From the NCBI GenBank assembly GCA_964304625.1, contig OZ199840.1, forward strand, positions 2,210,532 to 2,274,531: a DNA stretch of 64,000 nucleotides. Direction: 5' to 3'. This document shows, in pieces, positions 53,725 through 64,000 of this stretch; the first letter of the stretch is position 1; every line of letters begins with the position of its first letter. The DNA is from Kudoa neothunni (Eukaryota > Animalia > Cnidaria). Position numbers and translations under genes: made by a program. The notes below the pieces were generated by a model. That model did not search any database. It had not been told where the DNA came from and worked only from the letters and a program-made list of their open reading frames with translations.

Positions 53725-54965
53725 TTACAACGGTGATGCTAGCATGTAAATCTGTAAATCGTCGGACAGCTTATCCACCTCGGCAAAGTTATGTTTATAA
53801 TAATCAAGAAATAGGCGGATCCCTTCAGACAGAGCATGGTCATCATATGTAGTGAGGATGACCAGCAAATCATTCACATTCACCATTGTCGAAATACTCC
53901 AAGGGGAACTTCGCTGTGTAGTATGGTTGCGATAACGTTTTAACGCAATGTGTATTGCCACCAATCGCACTTTAAAGTCGAAGTGTTCCTTCCCCAACAG
54001 AATTAGCGCGTCCATAATATAGCCAATAATCGCCAACTCAGTTGAGTCACTCAAGTCATTTGCAAACTTCTTTATTCTTTGGTGGAGTATCTCATTACCA
54101 GTGCTTCGTCCATTAGGAAGTTTCACAACCATGTTCAGCCCATTACTCTCCAAATAAAACCTTCTTAACAGATGTGTATGGAAGAGCATTTCAAACATTG
54201 GCGTAATAAGCTTTTTCGCTACGGTGAATCCCTCATCAGTCAGGCGTAGGTTGTCGTTTGACTTAACGGCGAACTTCTCACCCAGACTGTATTTATTGTT
54301 CACCAGGTTTTCGTACCTTGTGCACATGGCTCGACATTTGAATGACGAGCCGATGCCATCTATAAAGCCAGTGAATTTTCTTTTTGTAACGTCTAAGACC
54401 ACAACGTTTTCATCATGGATATTTCTTTGTATTTTCGCTAATGCGAATCGTTTAGCGTTGACAATTTTAATTCTCGAGTTCGCATGCGCCGTATCTTTTA
54501 CATCCGAAGACTTTTTCATGGTGGGTTTGTCGATAGCAAAGTTAACTCTTTTTATTTGGAGGTAGAGCAGCCATATCCTTGCCATTAGTTTTTGGTTTCG
54601 CACCCACTTTCTTTCCATTCCTTTGAGGCTTTTTATTTTGGGTGGAAATCGTTTTCCTTTGATTGATGCTTTGGATAGGCTGCCAACTTTGTAATTGTTT
54701 AGGATTTCGTTTCTGGTGACCTTTAAAAGGACGTTTTTTAAAACGATTAATCCGTTTACTTCTTGACATATTTCCGACATATGGACCAGGCGGTCCGATT
54801 ATAATCCCTACTTTTTTGCTCGATTTGCATGTAAGGCATATTTTGGTTCGAGACGACCTGTTGGTACCCTACACTCGAAATCGGCAATGGACCAGTTGGT
54901 ATAACTTGATATCCAATGGATGGGATAGGAGAGTATCCATATCCAAAGTAGTTACCAATGTGTGT
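53725..54965 (-). CDS. PLE-associated ORF1 domain protein, copy A (unknown function, probably frameshifted near the N-terminus)
   Basis: 351-aa ORF 53725-54780 plus an upstream PIPSIGYQV segment and a basic overlapping frame (54542-54769). Co-oriented with and upstream of the RT. Confidence 0.6.
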
Positions 54966-55389
54966 AAATGCAATAAACGCGTATGCAATTATGTTTAAGG
55001 TAGTTTCTTAGATTTAAGGCACTTATTTGTTTTCTGTGAAAAAAAAATCTAAGTTAAACAATTACGAAAAAGGTCTAAGAAAAATTTTGCCGTAGTTTTG
55101 GGGCAAAAAACACAATATAGGTGACTAACTAGCGCAAATAAGTAAATAATGTAATTATCTCAGTTGCTAAGTGGCACGAGATATCGTCGTCAGTGGTGTA
55201 CTTCAACGTAGTATCGAGCTATTTTATTTCTCGGTATGTATGCTCAACGGAGCAACTGAGGAGTTTCAGAGATGACATCACAACTAAATTCATGGTGGTT
55301 TTTGCGTGCTTTTTCATTACCAATTTGTGGGAAAATCGTTATTACTGGTGTTCGGTTTGGGATTTGGCGTGTTAAAGTTGTTATAGCCT

Positions 55390-57861
55390 ATAACAATGAG
55401 TGATAAACAATAACAACTGGATTTACAGGAAGCGGTAGATTAATAGAGATTAGTGGAATTTTTATCTTGTCTGAAATGACTCATTCTTCTTAAAACGCTG
55501 CAACCGTAACACTATTTATGGCTATTTATGTGTTTAATCGAAAATATAAATCGAATTTATTTGACAAGCTTGCGCGCTCAAAAAGTCATTTTCTAATAAA
55601 ATGAATTCTGACGGAGAACATATTTTTTTGAGGATGATTGTGAAAGTGCTGACGGTACCCCATACATTGAAAGTGGTTTGGAGGACTTGGATGAAATAAT
55701 TAATGAGCCAGTCAACAATGACGACGATGATGATGCTTACGATAGCGATGTGAGCATTGAAGATATGACCCAGGTCGCTTTTGTTGCCTCCAAAGATGGA
55801 GAAAAATAGTATAAAACTCCTACTATGGTTGGAAGAATGCCTACAATGGAAAATATTTATAATGTAAACGCGGTATTTACAAATAAAGCTTTCCGGGATG
55901 GCCAAACTCCCATGAGGGCTTATTTAATTTGTGGACCAATAAAATGTTGGAAGAGATCCAATATTGTACCATCAAATTTATAGAACAAGAAAAAACAAAT
56001 ATGAAAAAGATAAATATGGCCGAGTTGAAAGTTTTTTTGGGAGCTATCGTATTAATTGGTGTAATAAAAGGCAAAAATGAAAACATCCGAGAATTTTGGA
56101 CTGAAAAATATGGCATTCAATCACTAATTGCAAAAATTACAAGAAATCGCTTTGAAGATTTTGCAACTTGTCTCAGATCAACAAGAGAAGAATCAGGGAT
56201 AGAGAGGATTAACTTGCCCCATCAGATATATATTTGATGAGTTTATAAAGACGTGTAAAGAAAGTTACAACCCATCTTCCCAATTGACTGTGGATGAACA
56301 GCTTGTCACATTCAGAGGTCGTTGCCCCTTCAAAATGATCATTCCTTCTAACGTCTAATCCTGGAAAGTATGGGATAAAAATATGGGCGTTGTGTGATGC
56401 AACAAACGCATATCTATGCAATGCAAAGATGTATATTGGCAAAGAGAACGGTGTTGTTGAAACCAAGGTGAAAGGTGAAAATGTGGTAAAGGATTTAGTT
56501 ACACCTTATTTAAAAAAAGGTCGTAATGTTACCATGGACAATTTTTTTACCACATTGTCAGTTGCGAGATACTTAATGTCTCATAAAACAACAATTGTAG
56601 GGACTGTCCGTAAAAATAAAAAAATTTTCATCTCTGAATTTCAATCATCAAAGGGATACCAAACGATGTGAGATTTTTATTTCAGGATAAATTTAATTGT
56701 TAAAATACAATCCTAAGAAAAATAGATATGTGGTACTTTTAAGCTCTACACATCGAGATTGTGATATTGATCCTGAGTCGAAAAAACCATAGATCATAAA
56801 TTACTACAACTAAACCAAAGGTGTTGATACGCTTAACCAAATAATCCGCTGCTGTTCCACCAAAATAGCCACTCGTCGGTTTCCGGTGGCGATTTTCTTT
56901 AACATCATCGATATATCCGCCTATAATGCATATCTCCTGTATATTTATTGAAACCCGAAATTCAAAAATGCTCATAAGAAACAATCCCGAAGAGATTTTT
57001 TAAAATGTTAACGGAAGAGAATTGCTAGGAAACGATGATATCAATTTTGAAACCATCCCAATAAAAAGGAAGGAACCTCCTTCTGGAACATCTGGAAGAG
57101 GTACATGCCATATTTGCTCAATAAACAAGAAGAAAAGCAGGAGAATTTGTTCAAATTTGTCTGCGAAAATCACCGAATTGAAAATATAGAATGCGATTTG
57201 TGTAACAAAAAATAAAATATATTGTATTATTTATTCACTTTATTTTGCCATATTTTTATACGCACTTAGTTTTTTATTAAATTTGATTATACCTACAAAA
57301 TATAACATTTGTGTAATTTACCTATTGATTTTAGTCAAAACGATTTGAATTAATGTCATTATAATAAGATGGTATAGATAGATTGGGAATGTAATTTAGT
57401 TTAATGTTGTAAAATATTAAATTATTTTGTATTTTTTTGTCACATAATTTGTAGTTATAAAAAAATAATTTATTGATTATACCTTTATTATAATGGTTGT
57501 TTGCCAATAAATCAAAACACCATCTAAATTAAACCGCTAATTACAATCAAAAATAACAATTTTGAAAGCCAAATTTATCTTAAATACAAAAATTATATGA
57601 ACTAATGTTATTTTGTTTGTTTTATACGACATCGATTTTATGTAAGTTTGTATTTGCAAATTATTTATTTTTTTTAATGCACGCGCATAACAAATTTGAT
57701 TTTAATGTTTTAAATTAAAATAAATGTTTTTTTCTTTTTTAAACTTCAAACGTAGCTGTAGAATTGTTTTATTTATATTTATAGTCATATAGTTTCAAAT
57801 ATAATTATGCTACGATTAAATTTTCATAGGACCACAGCGGTCCTCTTCAGGCATTCGAGGG
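55390..57861 (+). mobile_element. piggyBac transposon, degenerate
   Basis: LTVDEQLVTFRGRCPF, PGKYGIKIWALCDA, GRNVTMDNFFT, GVDTLNQ and a C-terminal Cys-rich domain. Right end ...GAGGG|TTAA at 57861. Left TIR not found. Confidence 0.9.
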
Positions 57862-58299
57862 TTAACTCCAAAAATACAATGGGGTTGTTTACTTTCTTAT
57901 ACTGGTGAATTCGTAATGTCAACTTATTGTAAACAGATTAGCGTTGACAATAATAAGATTACTTTATCATGCGATTTTCTATAATGATTAATGATATGCG
58001 TAGATAACTTTAAGTTATTTAAATACAATTGTAACTTTAACTTTACTCTTCTTTATACTTTAAACTAAGTTAACATGCTCTACAATATTCTTTGATGCGT
58101 AGGCGGTGAAAGCGTCATTAACGAAGATTTGTTGTTTAAACGGGAGATTAATAAGCCACGCGAGTTGCAAGGACTTACGATTCCTAAATGAAAATAAAAT
58201 CCAATAAAGAAGAAAGCGATGATGATGTGGTTATTAATGTCAATTTCGATCAACTCTGTCGTCAAAAGAATGATAAAATAATTATAATTGACTCTTAAC

Positions 58300-58381
58300 A
58301 TAAAATGACCTTGGCCTATTCAAGACTTAAGTCAGCATGGTCGAGAAAGGGAAACCAAGCGAAGGGGGGTTTTTGCGCTAG
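58300..58381 (+). repeat. Helitron 3' terminus (family of 9846-11183)
   Basis: AAAATGACCTTGGC...GCGAAG...TTTTGCGCTAG|T aligns with 11100-11183. Confidence 0.6.
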
Positions 58382-59611
58382 TCCTAATATATAAAGTAGT
58401 AGTGTGTGTGTTTTTCGTTGATAGAAGCATATACGTAAACGTTTAATAGTATTAATATCTTTAAAAAAATAATTTTTTTAAACTTACGCATTGTATGTAT
58501 TGATAGTCATTCTATTCTAGAATATATAGCTAGTTTAATTTTTCCATCCACATTAGCATTAAAAAAGAGACTAAAGTCTCCATTTAGTGGATTTACTCGA
58601 CTAAAACATGTAGGAATAACATCGGTAGGTTAATTTTACTAACTTACATATACATTGCATTTTTTCTTTATAATACGTTTAACATTGCAAATAATTAATG
58701 TTTTAGCCCGTTGGGGTTCAATATAAAGGTCAAATAAACCCATATTTTTGAAGGTAGTCTGGTGAGAGAACTAGAATTTTTCGTAGATCACCAAAAAACA
58801 GGCAACTAAATTGGTCGTATACTTTTAAAATGATGAATAATTAGTCATATTGAGCTTACGTATTTTCATTAGTTTTATAAAAGCTATCAGATATATTTTT
58901 TAAAAGATGTTACGAATGTTACACATATAAAAAGTAATCGTACTTTTAAATATTATCTTAACGACTTTTAACATATACAGTTATGTTTCGGCGTCAAAAT
59001 TTAACAGGAAATCTTTTTTGTAAAAAGATGAAAATAGATTTTTATGAATAAGGTTTGCTTTAAATTTTCAAATTTCTGTTCTGTTAAATACAAGAAATAG
59101 AGCTAAATTCATTTGATTGAAAAAAATCATGTTGGAAATAAATTTACTTTACTTATTAATCTAATTATTTAACGTTTAAAATTTCTTCATTTTAAGAATA
59201 AAACTGTTAAGACAAGACACCATTGTTATTAATATCACTATATGTATATCTATAAAGCTGTTTATATATGAAATTTAGGATCCAGAATGTTCTAGAAACA
59301 TCTAGGCCGATGATAGGTTGTTATAGAAGCTTTCAGTGTATTCTATTTTATTCTTTGATAAAATAAAATTTTTTATATACATTGAATCTTACGAAGTATG
59401 TTATTTTTTATCCTGTCACGTATTTAATGAAAAAAGCTCTAAATAAAGTTGAAACTTCGTGTCAGAAATTAATTTGCTTGGTCATATAACATTTTCATTT
59501 TGTATTTTCATAATTTTTTTTGTTTTTATCTTAAAGTTAATTTTTAAAATTTTAATTATTAAATAAAAAGTCGGATTAGTTTAAATGATTTCAATTTTAT
59601 TGGAATCTATA

Positions 59612-60462
59612 CATTGGGTAGCCAATTCTACACTCTGCGGACTCTACGTAAGATTTTTAATGTATCTTTCACGATTTTTTTATTTTTAAGCGCGTTTGTT
59701 TAGTAAGCTTAAAATGTTTTTTATTTTTAAAATTAAATTAATTTACGTGAAGGTACGTAGAGCTCTTAGTGATGTAATTGGTGAGGGTGTTTCGTTGCGT
59801 TCCTACTGTACACGCATAAGATTTATATTGTTTAGGTTTATATTGGAATTTTCATCATCTTTCAGTATGAAACAAAAATAATTAATAAATATTGTAAATC
59901 TTGAAAAATTACGTATTTATTCGTTAAACCAGAATTACCCAACATCTATACGTATATGAAACCGCATTATCCTGCATATATGGGAAATACTTATAAGATT
60001 GTGTGTTTTGGAAGTCATTAAGATTGAATGTTTGTCGTCGTTAATCCATTGATATTAACTAGGGAAAACTTTAAAATAGATTTTTTAAATTATGTTTATC
60101 GCACATTTCAACTTTTTGACAACTAAATAATTATTTAAATTGTTTAATCATCGCATTTTATTCACGAGAGAATCGTATTTTAACGTTTTAATTGTAATTT
60201 GTGGATGTGGTTAATTACATTAAATAAATTTTAATATTTTGATTTTAATCCAATTTATTATTTTATTGTCGAGGAGCATATAATTAGAGATTAATACTAA
60301 TTATTTTTCTTATTGCGTTAGTTTTTAACAAATATTAAAATAGGTTATTCCAATATAAAGTTAAACATCACAAATTTTATGCATTTACAGTAGAGTCGCA
60401 AATAGGCGCCCTCATTAATTATATGCTCCCGATAGGGATTATGTAAAATCGGCTACCCAGTG
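59612..60462. mobile_element. Tc1/mariner-type MITE
   Basis: Imperfect TIRs CA(T/C)TGGGTAGCC(A/G)ATT(C/T)TAC with a TA duplication on both sides. Internal inverted repeat GGAGCATATAATTA at about 60273 and 60429. Confidence 0.8.
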
Positions 60463-60575
60463 TATACATTTTAGCTCAAAGTAAGTTTTTATTTTAAATC
60501 TTTGCTATTGATATTCTTTAATTTTATAAAAACAATCATGAAAACAAGGGGAATACGACTTCGTTTTTCAAGTGG

Positions 60576-60730
60576 GGCTGATATGGAGTTAGGCAATTAA
60601 TTAGTCAAATTTAATTTTTATATTTTTGACAAAATATTTGAAACTATAAATTTAGTTATTGTGTTTTCAATAAAACAACGCTTGAGGTTGTATTTAATCT
60701 TAATATTACATCTCTAACTCCACATCAGCC
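60576..60730. repeat. Small MITE-like inverted repeat
   Basis: GGCTGATATGGAGTTAG ... CTAACTCCACATCAGCC (16/17 inverted match). No clear TSD. Confidence 0.5.
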
Positions 60731-63700
60731 TAATATGTCACTCAGTGTGCCATAACTGAAAGCACTATTTTTTGTTGTTCTGCTCTGTTTCTACTAACTC
60801 TGCTGGAGAGAGGAGATCGATATTGTTGTTGAAATAGCGATTTCGGTGTTCTGATCCTTTTTGCCTATTCTTTGGAAGTAATGGGTTCGATAAAATAGTT
60901 TGCGTTGAACATTTGGATGTTCTCCTATGTTGGGTACGTTCTTAGTTTTCCAACGAAGCGTCGCGTATGTTCAACGTCATGTTCAATTCAATTGAATTCT
61001 TCTTTCCTCATACGCTCATGTGTGCTTTTTTTTAAGATTTAGTGTCTACGCCCCGTTTCTTCTCTCTCTTTCGTCTCTCTTACGCCTCCTCTTTACTTTC
61101 TTCATTCGTACATTTATTGACAATTTTATGTATCATAGTAAGCCAAATTCAAACTACTTTTCTATGACGAAAAGTGAAATGATGTACCAGAAAATTGAGT
61201 TATCTGTTATATTTTTTCATTTTTAGGCGATTTAATGTGATGAGAGATTATATATAAAGGATGAAATTCTTATTTAATTTAGGGAAAGTGTTACTAAAAA
61301 AATGGTTGTGTTATTTTCCAAATCATTTGGGATCTCTCTCGATTTTGTCAGCATTACAAATGTGGAGGTAAATAGACACCTTAGTAAACAATTTAATTTT
61401 CTTTTATTAATTAGACTATTAGAATTAAAAAATTAAATAAACAAATTGACATCATCCAATTCAAATGAAAGAACGGTAAGTAGAATCGTGCTTTGCATTG
61501 AAACGAACAATATTATATTTATAGAATAATAAAGCCAAAGCAATATATTTAGAAAAACTCTGGAGATTTGTTATTTCGGGTAAGTTCTTTAGTACGTGTA
61601 CCATGCCAACTTAATCATACCTCTTTCATTAGATTGAATACTTTATAATTTCTCATGAACGATAATTCATGCTGTAGTTTTCATTCAAGTTGAGATGCAT
61701 AATTAATCAAACACAGGTTACCTTTCTCATTGTTTAAACCTGGACGAAATTAACACATACCTATGTTCCATCACATGTTCTCTTTCAATAATTGATTCGA
61801 ATCATCAGGAAAATTTTCATTTTTTGTTTTTGCGATTTAATTAAAAGCATATCCTTTATATATCTGGCTTATAAATTAAAGTATTCTACTTTTAAAGATT
61901 CATTTTTCCACGAGGGATATACGTAAAGATTCTCGAATGATGGTTTAGTTGAAAAATAATGAATCTAGGACCCAACGACGATATAAAGTTGTTGATTTCT
62001 GTGGTATAATGTAACGCTATGCATCATCATAATAAAGTCCACATGCGAGAGACTTCTTTTTTCCATTTGAAAATCCGTATTCTTTTTCGATAATTTTTCT
62101 CACTGGAGTAAAAAATCTCCTCAATAACATAAATTTTTCTTTTGGTTCAATTACTCAGAATTGGCATATTTACAAAGGTCCTTCTTCTCTTATTAGCTTC
62201 ACTCCGAGTGATGTGTTGAATCAACGGAATTCATCGGCTAATATCAACTTCCATATCTCAAATTATTGGGGAAACTTTTATACCACTCAATGTGTTGTTC
62301 TTTGTACCTTAGTTCCAACAGAATTATTATCTGAATGAATGCTTCAACTTCAACTCATCTTTCAGAAACGAAAAATTTGATCTAATACAATTTCAGTAAC
62401 ATTCTAAAATCGAATAATCTGTGATTTTCCCCTCCATTTTTTATACTGATAAATCATCCTTTGATTATTCATATTCAGTTTTATTTAAATAGCTAAATTT
62501 GTGATTGGACGACTTCATTGTGAGTGTTCCATTTTCCCAATCTTGAATAATTTTCCCCTGCTGTCGTCCAAATTTTTGAGGGGACAGTAGTTGATAACTG
62601 GTTATCGGTGACGATATTTTTTTACATTAACGTTGAATTTTATTATGAGGAAACCGGGAAGTTATTATGAACATGAAGTTATATATTAATTAACTTATCT
62701 AATGTAAAACAAATTACACAGTTGATAGATACTTCGTTTATTCTTTGGGAAACTATTTTGTATCTTGACAGCCTCCCTCCAGTCTACTTCAATTTTATAT
62801 CATTGAGAATGTACAAGTCATGTTTCATTTTTTACTCCTTGGGCAGGACTTAAATCTTGAGGCAACACATGCAAGAAAGAATTTTTATATATTTTATGCC
62901 CTATCTCTATACAGTGTGTAATGATTTGTCAAATTACATTTACATGTATGTTAGAAAATATTTTCACCATACATTCATTCTTTTATTCTATCGACCATCC
63001 ATTATGTTTGCTATTAATGCGATTTCCATCACATTGTTTTTTTGGAAACATAGATTTTTAATATATTTATTCCATAGCCTCCTAATGTTCTAAAATCATC
63101 AACTGGCTTTGAAAATACCCATCTTAATATAACGATATTCCGTTATATTATAAGGATTAATCTTAAGATTAATAAGGACGAAAAGAATGTTAGAGTTGAC
63201 TCTTACTGGCACAACTGAGGAATAAAGACTAAAGCCAAAATTAATTTTAATGTATCATAAATAACCCAGATCGTTCGTTAATAACACTCCTTTTCATAAG
63301 CGTATTTAATGGAATCATTCATTGTTGTCATTTCCTAAATTTCTGTTCATGGATTCACCATTCATCATGTGTATTATGTTCTAATAAATCCTAAACATGG
63401 TTAATTGTTCCAACATTCACCAATGCTCTTTATTGAAATAATTATAAATAACCAATGTCTTGAATTGTTTCTTACAACCTAATCCTTTTTAAGCAACTTA
63501 TAATGGTCTTCATTTGGAGCTGTACATGGAATTACCGTTACCAATTAGAACTACTGGACATCATTTTTTATTATTACAACTACTTCATAACTTTCAAGAT
63601 GAAGGAGAAAAGATTTCCAAATTTATTACTTATGCATCTCAACTTGAATATAAAAACTAATATGTACATCCGTAGTTTGTGATTTATTTTGTTGGTATTT

Positions 63701-63807
63701 CTTTTTTGCGTGTAATGTCTATACATTATATTCTGTTTCTAATACTTAAAAAAGAATGAAATTTTTAAAAAATTTGTTATTCATGATTTAAAACAGTCAG
63801 CTTAACT

Positions 63808-63837
63808 CTCCCGAGCATCACCGGGTTTTCGCGCTAG
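63808..63837 (+). repeat. Helitron 3' terminus
   Basis: CCCG-N9-CGGG hairpin followed by TTTTCGCGCTAG|T. Confidence 0.55.
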
Positions 63838-64000
63838 TTTCTTATACTTCGAATCCTGTACACATGAACTAAAAAATTAAAAGGATTCGTTCAATTTTTC
63901 TATGAACTGAAAAATAATTCTGGCAATTTAATCGATTATTATGAAACTATACAGCATATTAATTACTTGATTAGGCAGGTTTTAAAAAAATTTTGCTGAA

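Overview
AT-rich eukaryotic genomic DNA, most likely a metazoan with very compact introns (34-57 nt). A myxozoan- or orthonectid-like parasite is an inference only. Two host genes can be fully spliced by hand, both on the minus strand. The first is an ADAM metalloprotease-disintegrin (1882-4970) with no prodomain, a KGD in its disintegrin loop, a 7-aa mucin repeat and almost no cytoplasmic tail. The second is an orphan type I membrane protein (12210-14783) built of about six Cys-containing FN3-like domains. In the second gene, two consecutive introns give an open frame only if spliced as nested [D1,2] twin introns (stwintrons): removing an inner GT-AG intron rebuilds the GT donor of the outer one. 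This is the most striking signal in the window. The rest is a transposon graveyard: a full-length Mag-type Ty3/Gypsy with 114-bp LTRs and TSD, a solo LTR, a second Gypsy, BEL/Pao, three MULEs, IS630-Tc1, piggyBac, many non-autonomous Helitrons and MITEs. It also holds two divergent Penelope-like retroelements that share an unusual layout: two copies of an unknown ORF1 domain, then a zinc-finger-RT ORF with no visible GIY-YIG endonuclease.
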